From contig NC_043001.1 of the NCBI RefSeq assembly GCF_006345805.1, forward strand, positions 134,106,001 to 134,170,000: a DNA stretch of 64,000 nt. Direction: 5' to 3'. Shown here in pieces: positions 52,220-64,000 of this stretch. Every line of letters begins with the position of its first letter. Position 1 is the stretch's first letter. The notes beneath the pieces are model-generated. The model did not search any database and was not told where the DNA came from. It was given only the letters and a program-made list of their open reading frames with translations. The stretch comes from Octopus sinensis (taxonomy: Eukaryota). Both the position numbers and the translations under genes were made by a program.

Positions 52220-52396
52220 CACGTAAAAAGCACCCACTACACTCACGGAGTGGTTGGCGTTAGGAAGGGCATCCAGCCGTAGAAACACTGCCAGATCTGA
52301 CTGGGCCTGATGAAGCCTTCTGGCTTCACAGACCCCAGTTGAACCGTCCAACCCATGCTAGCATGGAAAACGGACGCTAAACGATGATGATGATGA
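52220..52396 (+). mobile_element. Family B RTE-tail element (short)
   Basis: Terminal 175 bp with (GAT)n. Confidence 0.85.
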
Positions 52397-52877
52397 TATA
52401 ATATATATGTATGCATATATGTGTATATATATATGTGTATGCATATATATATGCATGCATATATATGTGTATGTATATATATGTGTGTGTGTGTATATAT
52501 GTTAGTGTGTGTGTGTATATATGTGAATATATGTGTGTGTGTGTATATATATATATGTATGTATGTACCATATATTTTTACATGGAAGTAAGGGGGTAAC
52601 TGGTAAAATACATGAAAGGGAGGTGGTGAAGGAGATGGGAAGTGTTGAGAATCCCTGACATAGAGGATTCTTTGTTATCTGCAAAGCAATAATTGTTATT
52701 TACCTGCAGATGCACCCTGATTGACCAAATCAATGATGAAAGCCTTCTTACCCAATACCTTACATCTTTTCTGTATTAGAAACTATGTTCTCTTACCCTA
52801 TCTTTTATACAGACGCTGAGCATCTGGAATTACATTATCCAATGTGTTGTTCTCTTTATGATACATACTGAAGATGT

Positions 52878-53262
52878 GGAGGCGCAATGGCCCAGTGGTT
52901 AGGGCAGCGGACTCGCGGTCGTAGGATCGCTGTTTCGATTCCCAGACCAGGCGTTGTGAGTGTTTATTGAGCGAAAACACCTAAAGCTCCACGACGCTCC
53001 GGCAGGGGATGGTGGTGATCCCTGCTGTACTCTTTCACCACAACTTTCTCTCACTCTTACTTCCTGTTTCTGTTGTACCTGTATTTCAAGGGGCCGGCCT
53101 TGTCACTCTCTGTGTCACGCTGAATATCCCCGAGAACTACGTTAAGGGTGCACATGTCTGTGGAGTGCTCAGCCACTTACACGTTAATTTCACGAGCAGG
53201 CTGTTCCGTTGATCGGATCAACCGGAACCCTTGTCGTCATAACTGACGGAGTGCTTCCATCC
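52878..53262 (+). mobile_element. SINE family D with 13-bp TSD
   Basis: ACATACTGAAGAT at 52863-75 and 53263-75. Confidence 0.92.
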
Positions 53263-54167
53263 ACATACTGAAGATCTCAGTTGTAAAAAGAAGTATCAGA
53301 TTCTTTAAATTGATAGAAACTGTGGAAGAGAAAGACCTACAAAGATGGGAGACAAAGTGGTAAAGGCCGACCTCAGGAGGATGACAAAGAACCATAATGA
53401 ATGGTAACTCAGAGTATTGGAGAAGAACTGCTCACCAATGCAAGCACAGCAGACCAATTGTTAATATGGTGGCGGTGATGGAGGTCAGAATATATCAGAA
53501 TATATAATATATCTATTTTGGGTCTCTCAACCATTATTGCCTTTTTTGTTATCTGCTCACCTATCACTCACCTTCTCTCCTATTCTACATCTTTTGTCCA
53601 TATTCAATTCCCCTTCTGTTATCTCCACTCTTTTGTTCTACCTATTTTCCCTGTGATAACTGTGTAACAAAGAATGGTAACACATCTGTCCATATCCATA
53701 CCCCTACTATCCTCTTTCCTTATACTTAGCCATCACTCTCTTTTTCTCATGGCATAGTTTGTTCACATTTATTCACTCTCACTTACTACAACCTATTTCT
53801 CTTGCTATCTATCACACACATTTACTTACCCTCACCAATCTATGTTATTTTCTATTCAACTTCTTACCAACAACCAAAATGTAACTATTACTGCCTCTCT
53901 TCCATTAACCCTAGTCTGAGTATTCTCACACTCTTGTCATCATCTTGTCCTTCATCATACTCCCTTCTGTTCACCCTCTAGGTCACATTTGCTTTAAAGG
54001 AATGGAGACAACATAAAGAGAACTTTTTAGTCCTGTTAAGAACAAGACAACCTCTCAAATGTTGGTAAAGGCTATCTTAGCAGCAATACAGTATCCCAAG
54101 CAAATCAAAGCACTGGATCATTGAAGTAATTATTTATTGACAGAATACACAGATGATAATTGGGTCC

Positions 54168-54395
54168 TTAACCCTTTCGTTACCAACCAGGCTAAAACCA
54201 GCTCTGGCTCTGAGTACAAATGTCTTGTTTTCATAAGTTTTGAATTAAAATTTTCCACCAAACCTTAGTCACAATTTATGTTCCTAACACTAGCTGAATG
54301 ATAACTAAGTTATTTTATTAAATTCTTTGTTATATTTAAAGTAATTGAAAGAAACACAGAACATCTCAAAATAAATTCAGTAATGAAAGGGTTAA
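54168..54395. mobile_element. TTAA MITE family 2
   Basis: Ends are TTAACCCTTTCGTTAC...GTAATGAAAGGGTTAA. Confidence 0.85.
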
Positions 54396-55263
54396 ACTTG
54401 TGAGGTCCATGAGTAACTGCCAAATGTACCCATGCCTTAAGACAGCACTGGTGCCATGATAAAATGCACCCCATACACTTTGTAAAATGGTTGACAATGA
54501 ATGGAAACGATGCAGAGTAGATAGGTCTCATTAGTGTTGTTGAGGATATGAAACTTCTTTCAGGCTGATGCCACAATAAAATGCGCCCTGTACACACTGT
54601 AGGATGGTTGGTGATAGGAAGGCTATTCAGCCATAAAATACTAAGCTAAAACTAGAATATATAAGCAATATGTAGTCTTCTGACCTGCTTAGGAGGGCAG
54701 TAATTCTGAATAAAAACTGGTTCAGACCATAACAACTCTTCCAGTTCCTGCCAGCATGAGAAGCAGTTGTAAATTGATGAAGAATTTACACACATACACA
54801 TCAAGCCGTACTTTTCACTTCCATGGCAATGGCTTTATTCTAAACAAACCTTTTATCACGTAACCTCTTCACCTAATTATTCTGAAATATCACACATAAA
54901 AAAAAAGTAACAGAAATATTATCATAATTTATGTGTGTGATATATTGAGTTTTAGATCACTTGCTTTGTGTAGATGTGTACAGCATCTGTACGAGTATGT
55001 GGGTGTGTGTACATGCATATCAAAGTGTGCCCCACTGTACCAGATTTAATATTTTAACCTAGTAAAGTGTCAATGTCTAAATAGTCAGTTGGTTTAGTTA
55101 GAAACATTAGTAGTCAATTGGTTTCGTTAATTGTTCAGTGAAGCATTAGTAACACATCAGTTAATTAAGGGAAATGGTGAGAGAGAGAGACAGACAGACA
55201 AGCAGACAGGAAAGAAGACAAATTTCGTTTGACCCAGTGAAATATATGCATGCTCATGCACAC

Positions 55264-55295
<32 letters not shown>

Positions 55296-56201
55296 GTACA
55301 GATTTGGCTCTGTGGTTATATAGTCTACAATGATATGGTGCAGGATTTGATCTAATTATACAGTACCTAGGACAAGTATCTTCTACAATAGTCTTGAGGT
55401 GTCCAATCTCTTTTGACAGGAATGTAGCAAACAACAATTATTCAAAAGCCTGTTGTATACACACAAACAAGCATATATGTAATACATACACACACAGACG
55501 TGTGTGTGTGTGTGTAGCCATGTTTGTTTGTTCACAATTCACAAACAAGTGTTGTTTATGTTGCATTCCTTTATGTTCTATGACTTAGCAGATTGACAAA
55601 CAGATATCTATAAAATGAATTCTGGTAATGATGGTTAACTAAGATCTGTGAAGGTGATGTCCAGGATGGCCACAATTCAATGACTGAGACCAATGTATTT
55701 ATATATATAAATACATGAACTTATTGACAACCTTCACAGTTTCCCCTTTGACAGTGATAGTTGGCTCATAGGACTTCTGCAGTGTAGATTGGAGCATACA
55801 GGTAGAGAGAAAAGCAGATACAGATAAATATGTAGGTGGACATATAATTGAATAGAAGCTAGACATATTGTTCACACCAAATTAACTCTGCTCTAGTAGA
55901 CCTATGATCAAGTGCATTCCAACTGCCCATCCAGCTTTTTTTCCAGATAACTTATTCAATATCTCCTTTTGCATTAAGACTATAAATGATATAAGGGATG
56001 TTTTGCTGCTATTTCTGTAAGAGAGAACAATAAGACAGAGGTCTCCCTCATTAATTCATGCTAGATATAGGAATACAGACTATGGGAAGACAAACACAAC
56101 AGATAAAAAGGATCAAAAGATTTGAGCAAAATCAAATATATGAAATTATAAAAGAGGAGAAAAAAGGGTAATTAAGACATTAATAACAGAAATGTGACAC
56201 A

Positions 56202-56405
56202 GGGGACAACAAAAGAACATATGGAAAAACAAGAAAAACACACACAATGGATGTGGACATGCTCAACCCCTCATCAGTTATCAATCAAACAAGGTGTCAA
56301 AATTGTGATGATATTTAGTTGACAACTGATGAAGGGTTAAGCATGTCTACATCCATTCCACATGTTTGTTTGTTTTTGTTTTTCCATATGTTCCTTTGTT
56401 GTCCC
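56202..56405. repeat. Long inverted repeat (about 90-bp arms, 25-bp spacer)
   Basis: 56202-56289 pairs with 56314-56405. Confidence 0.8.
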
Positions 56406-57099
56406 CCTTTACTACATTTTTATAATTATTTATTGTAATGCTATGCACACTTTTTCTCCCTGACTACCAGTAATTAACACAGTAAGTTATTTTTTAAAAT
56501 TTTATTTTACATTTCTCAATGTTAGAATTGGTGTGCTAATGTTTGCATGTGTGTGTTAATGTGTATGCCTGTGTGTGTGTGTGTGTGTGTTAGCGTGTTA
56601 TGTGTGCATTAAATGTTAGAGAAGAAAATGTCAGGGAGTGATAAAGAAAGATGTCAGACAATGATAGAAGATGAAAGAGAGCACGGATTGAATGACTGAA
56701 GCATATCATATTAAAATTAGTCTGTGATTGGTAGCTTAGGAAGGATAATGGTTGAAATGGTAGAATATGATGCAACACAGACATGTAATATGAGACACAG
56801 GAGAAATTGGCTGCCAAAGCAAAAGGGAAACAAAATTTAAATGATATTCTAAGTGTGAAATATAGCCTCTTTGAACACATAGACACACACTTATTTGCAC
56901 TCACACATAATGCTTGTATGTACACACACACTCACACACAACACCAGTACATATACTATTTAAAGTTTATTTTTCTACTTCTCACATGGGTTGAATAAAT
57001 ACACAAATCTACACATTTTCATAAAGGATTAAAGCAATTCTATATTTGTGAGATGAAGAATTTATATTATGTATCTTGTTTATAATTAGTCAGACTGAA

Positions 57100-57838
57100 G
57101 TCCTCATCTTGATTGTTGATTTCACTATATTTTGGCCGTCATACACTCCAGCCTTCTTCAGGTGCCTTGCGTTGAAATTGGTTACTGTATTGGAATTTCG
57201 AACCTAACCCTTTATTTGATCTATGGAGGTACAGTGTTCTCATTCTGTTTTCTGTGTTTCATGACATCTTTATATATAAAAGTGAAGTTGTGTGTCTGTC
57301 TCCTACGATTTAGATTCCTAACTACTCCCACATTTTGCGGTGCAGTTTAACTAAAACCGGGTATCTTATAGTCGTGATTCATATCGAGCCCTTTTGGGTA
57401 TTAGCGCGCGTCTACAATGAGTCTACGATTTAAAAAAAAATTTACCATCATTTTTTTCCATTTTAATGCATTTTTTTCGTTATGATATAAGGGAAGTAAC
57501 TCTCTAAAAATGTCTACGATGAGTCAACGATTTAAAAAAAATTTACCATCATTTTTTACCCATTTTTAATGCATTTTTTTGCTATTTTTTGGCTATAACT
57601 CTCTAAAAATGCTTATATAGTTATTTCCCTTACAAACCCGAGCAACGCCAGGCGATACTGCTAGTTTCAACTAAAGGAAAAAATGTCATGGAAACAGTGA
57701 GTGGAATGAGAACTGTACTCCTGGGGATCAACTAAACGGTTAGGTTTGAAATTCCAATACAACAACCAAGTTCAACACAAGACACCCGAAGAAGGCTGGA
57801 GTGTACAACATAGTGAAATCAACAGTCAAGATGAGGAC
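57100..57838. mobile_element. Palindromic Penelope-like pseudo-LTR pair with decayed hammerheads, interrupted by a Helitron
   Basis: Arm 57100-57265 is the reverse complement of 57684-57838; each arm carries CAC-C(T/C)GAAGAAGGCTG...AGTG. Confidence 0.65.
57266..57664 (+). mobile_element. Non-autonomous Helitron with internal duplication
   Basis: A|TC...CCCGAGCAACGCCAGG...CTAG|T; same family as 32384-32889. Confidence 0.88.
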
Positions 57839-58914
57839 CCCAGCAGAAAAATAATAGATTATAAGGGCTAAAATTTCTCAGGTTTTATAATGGAAGTCTT
57901 TGAGGTTTTTTAATAAAATTTAATCAGAGGAGGAAGTACAGCACCAATAACTATCCTTTCAGAGTCATTGAGATTGTTGGAGGAAGCTAACCACAGACCA
58001 GAGATTTGATCCAAATTCTTGCAACAGAATGGATGCTATTAAAGAAACAGGTGATAGATTAAGTCTACAACCTTTACGGGTTTATTGCTGTTGCTTAGAC
58101 ACAGGTGAAGCCTTATTGAGCAAAAATACTCCAACCACAACCATCCTAAGACTATATTGCTCAATGTGCCATCCTAATATATTTTTTTTAAGATGGCAAT
58201 GTAATTTGTAAGAGATTTGGCTGCTATTTCTAATGAAGCCACCATATAAATGTGCCCTCACTGTGTCACTTGTTGAATATTATTGGCACCAGACTGATGC
58301 CAAGATAGAGTTTATTTGTCTTCACTTGTAGAACAATGTGAAATAAATAATTCAGGTTGGCTGTGTTTTATCATTGAAGCTATTTCAGTATTTAGTAATT
58401 CACTGATCTGAAGTTCAAATCTTTATTGGATTAACATTTTTGTTTATCTACTTTTATACAGATTAATAAAACAACTAGTTTCATTGCAATACAAGAGGAA
58501 TATGTTTAATGAGACTAAAGCATCTCCTTTCAAAGTGTTCTCCTCTGTCAAAGACGACCAGTATAGTCACTCATAATTTTTTTTTACTTGCTGAGTTTGA
58601 AGGAAAGACTTCAAGCCATGACTCTCTGAGGTCACCTGGGACCAGTGAAACTGATGTCATTAATATTTTACTTAATCTGTTCTAAGTCAACACCTGCAAG
58701 AAAGGTATGGGTAGAGAGGGAGTTTTCAGAGCCAATATTCTGGGGAAGAAGGATTGAGTGTAACGGTTAGTACAAGAGGTGGGGGTACAATGTGATGGTA
58801 GGAGGAGGAGAGGTGAATGAGTCATGAATGTCTGAGTGGAGGCAGCACAAACCAGTCAGCTCCAAGGAGAAGAGACTACTGCTTCTACAACTCCTCTCCT
58901 TACTTTTTCTACTG

Positions 58915-59045
58915 CTACTAAAATGCTCTTCAGACCATTGTAGAAAAAGTAGAGAGAGGAGACAGCAAAAAGTAGAGACAGGAGACATTGTAGAGAGGGG
59001 ACATTGTAGAGAGGAGACATTGTAGAAAAGTAGAGAGAGCAGACA
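58915..59045. repeat. Short degenerate tandem repeat (GGAGACATTGTAGAGA-like)
   Basis: Direct inspection. Confidence 0.7.
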
Positions 59046-60529
59046 AGAAGGTAAAGTGTGCTTGTAAGTGATTTTACACGAATCACTGGAGTGACCTTTC
59101 TCTGGATGGAGCATATCTTGAAGTGATTCTGACTGAAAAATAGGATATTTTGGTAGGAATAATCCACAGTATTTTCTCATCAAAACTAAACAATCAGACA
59201 TTTGGGTTTAGTAGAAAGAGGAATTTGAGATGTCTGTAATGCGTGTTATCCTAAACAAGTGATGCCTGATAACACACATCACATCATTGCCTTATGGAGG
59301 TAAGCAACCATTAAGAAGCTCATCTTGTCTACAGGAGAAACAAGTTTATCAGAAGGCGGTATTACCTTTCAACTGTTAATAGAAATACACTAAAGAAAAA
59401 CAAACAACTATTGAACAACTCCTAGCACATTCTTCCGATACACACAGAAACAGTGAAGCAGAAAGGTTTGATGAAATATCTTTACATGTCTGGAATAAGC
59501 AATAATGCAATGGCATTTAACTATTTTTGTTTCACTGAATATTTGCTCAACAACAGTTGTTGACAATATCTTCATAGCTCAACAGCATAGAAAACCCATT
59601 TGTTAGATATTCAAACATTGTTTTAAATGGTACCAAATACAAGAAACATTGTTATAAGAATTGATAATGTTATTTAAACATTACAATATAAAGTAATTAG
59701 ATACTTAAATGAAGCATACTATATTTAGCCAACACACACAAAGAAAATAGAATGTTATCCAGCAAGAATAAACAGCAGTACTATGTCACTAAAACTACTT
59801 CCATTTATGTGGCATGGATATCCTGAAACTAAAACTTAGCACATAGACAACCTTGAATAGACAAAAGGAGAAAAATAACAGATAAAGTGAAATTTGTATC
59901 AACTATTGTTTCTGAAAAACCACCTGACAACTGGAGTTTGTATAAAACAAAGTAAGGAATATCTTCAAACTGAAAACAACAAACAAATAAATATGGAGTA
60001 GGAGTTTGGGGTTAGATGAAAATTAGTTTGAAAACAAGAAAACCTGGAAAATATATAACCTTTAAGCAAAAATATAAGTGAGGTTAGAATCAACAAAACT
60101 ATCCTTGTATCACCCATACTCATTTTAAGCAATTTAGATAGAATATATGAACAACCTTGGTAAGATATTGACTCCTGAAAGAGGAGCAAGACCACAAATC
60201 TGAGTGGAGGCATGTAGACAAATGTATCATCCAGTACAACACTGGTACTATACTCTATTGGCCCCTAGGTCCTGGTAGCTTGAACTCAGCATTGGATTTC
60301 TAAAGTGTCACAGGTAAACAGCACAGCTTAAACATTAGGGAGTGTTAAGGCTTTTGTGTCCCTATTTCTAGTGTCCCAAATTTTAAAAATGAGATAGAAT
60401 TTGGAGCAACTTAATTTTTAACTAACTTTTTCATTGTTAAGTTAGTTATAAATGCTAGAAAAATTCTGATGTAAAATTACGTAGGAAGGTTTTAATTTAA
60501 ATAGTGAATGCCTACATAGCTATGTATTT

Positions 60530-60905
60530 AAAAAGCCTACTTCCTAACCATGTAATCTCAGTTTCAATCCTACTGTGCAGCAGTCCCTTGAGTAAAGTGT
60601 CTTTTACTACAGTGCTGAGCTGACCAAAGTCTTGTGAGTGAATTTTATAGACAGAAACTGAAAGAAGCTCATCATATGTGTGTGTGTTGTGTGTGTGTGT
60701 GTGTGTGTGTACCCTTGTCTTGACATGTGATGACTATAAATGAGCATCAATATCATTATACATTTCCAGTTTTCCTGAAAAACATGTCTGTTGCTTGGAA
60801 ACAGTTGAAGATTAGTAACAGGAAGGGCATCTGGACATAAAAAACATCCACCTCAACAAATCCTGTCCCAAGCAATCATAGAAAAGTGGATGTTAAACGA
60901 TGAAT
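60530..60905 (+). mobile_element. Old CORE-type SINE with an RTE-like 3' tail
   Basis: Family A-like head/CORE, a different body (also seen at about 4875-5115), ending AGGAAGGGCATC...GAAAAGTGGATGTTAAACGATGA. Confidence 0.65.
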
Positions 60906-61175
60906 GAACGTTTTGAATATGTGAGGGGATAAAACAAATTACTCAGCTTGTGTCTGTATCAAATGAATGAAACATCAGCAGATTAATTGAATATCATGTT
61001 AGGTGTTGATTAATAATATACTGTGGAGAGAAAGGAGGATGTGTGAGTGAATGTGGTGGATGTGTGAGTGAATGACTAGACAGATATATGAGAGAGTGTA
61101 GCAGTGAGTGATTGTGTGTATGAGTGAGTGACTGTATGAGGTAAGTGAAATGTGACTCAAGTGTGAATTGTGGAC

Positions 61176-61740
61176 ATGAGCAGAGTGTGGGCGTGAGCAG
61201 AGTGTGGGCGTGAGCAGAGTGTGGGCGTGAGCAGAGTGTAGGCATGAGCAGAGTGTGGGCATGAGCAGAGTGTGGGCATGAGCAGAGTGTGGGCGTCAGT
61301 AGAGTGTGGGCGTGAGCAGAGTGTGGGCGTGAGCAGAATGTGGGTGTGAGCAGAGTGTGGGCACGAACAGGGTGTGGGTGTGAACAGAGTGTGGGCGTGA
61401 ACAGAGTTTGGATGTGAGCAGAGTGTGGGCGTAAGCAGAGTGTGGATGTGAACAGGGTGTGGGCATGAGCAGAGTGTGGGCGTGAGCAGAGTGTGGGCGT
61501 GAGCAGAGTGTGGGCGTGAGCAGAGTGTAGGCGTGAGCAGGGTGTGGGCGTGAGCAGAGTGTGGGCATGAGCAGAGTGTGGGCGTGAGCAGAGTGTGGGC
61601 GTGAGCAAAGTGTGGGCATGAGCAGAGTGTGGGCATGAGCAGAGTGTGGGTGTGAGCAGAGTGTGGGCGTGAGCAGAGTGTGGGCATGAGCAGAGTGTGG
61701 GCATGAGCAGAGTGTGGGAATGAGCAGAGTGTGGGAATGA
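61176..61740. repeat. 17-bp minisatellite (GAGCAGAGTGTGGGC[G/A]T), about 33 units
   Basis: Direct inspection; accounts for the repetitive His/Thr/Pro ORFs in the track. Confidence 0.95.
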
Positions 61741-61989
61741 GTGGATTGATGGAGTGAGTGAAGCATGGAAGTGAGGGGAGTGAGAGGTATGTATGAGTGA
61801 CAAGAATGTGGGAGTGAACATATGCACATATTGATGAATATAAAAATTCCCCTGTTGCTTAGGTTCTCAGTTTTTACCAGTAATTAAGCAAGGCTTTATT
61901 TACTTTGATAGGGTGAAGTACAATATGGGATTTAACTAATGGTGAAATGTTCTTTTCTACTCTAGGCACAAAACCTGAAATTTTGGGGG

Positions 61990-62160
61990 AGGTGGCCCAG
62001 TCAATTAGATAGACCCCAGTGTGCAACTGGTACTTAATTTATCGACCCTGAAAGGATGAAAGGCAAAGTTGACCTCAGTGGAATTTGAACTCAGAACATA
62101 AAGACAGATGAAATATCTCTAAGCATCTCACCAGGTGTGCTAATGTTTCTGCCAGCTTGC
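61990..62160 (-). mobile_element. SINE family C (older)
   Basis: Family match. Confidence 0.75.
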
Positions 62161-62470
62161 AGCCCTCTAGTGGTGAAGTATTATAACTATAATGCAACAG
62201 TTTAGCTTTTGAATCCTGTGACAAAGTGTGAGAATGAATACACCTGTGTGTTGATGTGTATATTTTCAAAGAGCCTTTTAAATGTCAGATCTTTGTTAAC
62301 GGTAAGGACTGCCCATCTGCAGTTTTACAATGAAGCCTGCTTCCCAACGATGTGGATTTGGGTTCAGTTCCATTGTCTGGTAGCCATGACAAGCATCATC
62401 TTCCATAGCCAACTAAAGCCTCATGAAATGGAATTGATAGATGGAAATTGAACAAAGCCTGTCTCGTATA

Positions 62471-63043
62471 CAGGGTGGCTCAAAAGTAGGTTTATAGTTA
62501 TTCAGCTATCTCTTTAGCATTGATATATTAAAAGTTTAGATCTTAATTATAAAAAAAAAAAAATTAAACCATTATTCAGCAAGATGAATCACCTCTACAT
62601 TATGCATTGACAGTAAGAGACTACCTTAACCAAGTCTTTCCACAGCATTGGTTTGGAAGACAGGGCAGCATCGAATGGCCACCACATTCACCTGACCTGA
62701 CACCAATAGATTTCTTGGGGGTGGGGGTTTGTAAAGAGCAAGGTTTATAAGAAGAATCCCAAAACAGCAAATGAATTAAAAGATTACATTTCTGACGCAT
62801 TCACTGAAATTGATGGAGATCGGAATTTGTGTCGGACTGTGTGTCAGAGTGTTCTGAAGAGGTTTGAAGAATGTTGCAATGTTGAAGGAGGACATTTTGA
62901 GCATCTGAGAGATTAAACATTGTCTGTTTCAGATGTGCATAAAAAATATGAATAGAAGATAGAAATTTAAATGTAATAAAATGTTTTAAAAGAAATTTAA
63001 AGTGCCTATGTGATAACTGCAAACCTACTTTTGGGTCACCCTG
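62471..63043 (+). mobile_element. Internally deleted Tc1/mariner, DD41D (rosa-type)
   Basis: TIRs CAGGGTGGCTCAAAAGTAGGTTT / CAGGGTGACCCAAAAGTAGGTTT. Transposase C-terminus 62577-62916 (QQDESPLHYALTVRDYLNQVFPQHWFGRQGSIEWPPHSPDLTPIDF...EGGHFEHL) has 41 residues between the 2nd and 3rd Asp and one frameshift. Confidence 0.88.
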
Positions 63044-63364
63044 TGTATGTGTGTGCATATACACAGGGTGGCCCAAAATTAATATACAAATTTTCCCTAC
63101 TTTAAAAACTGCTATTGCTTCAGTAAATTACTCACACTTTAGCACTCTCTATATTGTTGCAGAACACTAATGCAACACTCCTTCACCCAAAATGCTATAT
63201 TTACTGCCATATAATAACTGAAATCTGAAATGAAAAAGACCCCGTAAAGAAACTGTTATACTTTTACTAATGAGCTGCCATGTAAAATCACCCCAAGCCA
63301 TGTTATTGTGATATGTGTTGAGAAGAGCATATCAAACCAATTTTGTGATCCTTCTCCTTATTAT

Positions 63365-64000
63365 TAAGGTGGTGGGCAAAATGCTTAGCAACATTTCATC
63401 CATCTTTACATTGAGTTCAAATTCCACTGAAGTCAGCTTTGCCTTTCATCCTTTTGGGGTCAATAAAACAAGTACTAGTTGAGCACTGAGGCTGATGTAA
63501 TCAACTTATCCCCGTCCCCAAAATTGAAGGCCTTGTGCCAAAATTTGAAACCACTAATATTTTTATCATTAAATGAGTTCAAACTTCACCAAGGTCACCT
63601 TTGCCTTTCATCCTTTCAGAATCAATAAAAAAAAAGTACCAGTCAACTACTGGGGTTGATGCAATTGACTATCCCCTACCACAAAATTTTAGGTCTTGTG
63701 CCAATTATAGAAAAAAATCACCATTATCAAAGCAGCTGTGGTATTTTGCCTGTCACTGCCTTCTGAGTTCAATTTCTGCCAAGGTTGACTTTGTTTTTCA
63801 TCCTTTCAGGGTCAATAAATTAAGTACTGGGGCCAATATAATCAATTAGTACCCTCCCCTAAAATTCCCATCTTGTGCCAAAATTTGAAACCATTATTAA
63901 GGCAGCTGGCTGGTAAAATCATTAGCACATCAGGCAAAATGCTTAGCAGTATTCCATCTGTCTTTACATTCTGAGTTCAAATTCCACCAATTGCTGATTT
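63365..64000 (+). mobile_element. Cluster of 3-4 decayed family C-related SINE modules in tandem
   Basis: GAGTTCAAATTCC...TTTGCCTTTCATCCTTT...GTCAATAAA..AAGTAC...CTTGTGCCAAAATTTGAAACC recurs head to tail. Confidence 0.7.

Noticed and set aside
60994-61829. Long His/Thr/Pro-rich ORFs (up to 277 aa)
   Set aside because: They are translations of the 17-bp minisatellite, which happens to lack stops on the minus strand.

Overview
This is AT-rich, repeat-dense eukaryotic non-coding DNA (intronic or intergenic). It is most likely from an octopus; this is inferred from the CORE-type and tRNA-headed SINE families, RTE elements with (GAT)n tails and dense (TA)n/(CA)n/(GA)n microsatellites. I could not confidently identify a host protein-coding gene. 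Almost all ORFs in the supplied track are repeat- or microsatellite-derived. The protein-coding remnants I recognise all belong to mobile elements: an internally deleted Mag-like Gypsy (gag plus integrase end), RTE and CR1 LINE 3' ends, and a DD41D (rosa-type) Tc1/mariner fragment. Non-autonomous Helitrons, TTAA (piggyBac-like) MITEs and about 30 SINE copies fill the rest. The main result is a well-formed type I hammerhead ribozyme (+ strand, 27737-27821). It lies in a 432-bp unit bounded by identical 113-bp direct repeats, an architecture expected for a retrozyme or Penelope-type circular-RNA retroelement. Two other repeat families in the window carry minimal or decayed hammerhead motifs. Secondary leads are a textbook recursive-splice (AG|GT) motif on the minus strand, a hierarchical multimer of an RTE 3' UTR, and SINE tail swapping. 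All structures were folded and aligned by eye, and coordinates of old repeats are approximate.
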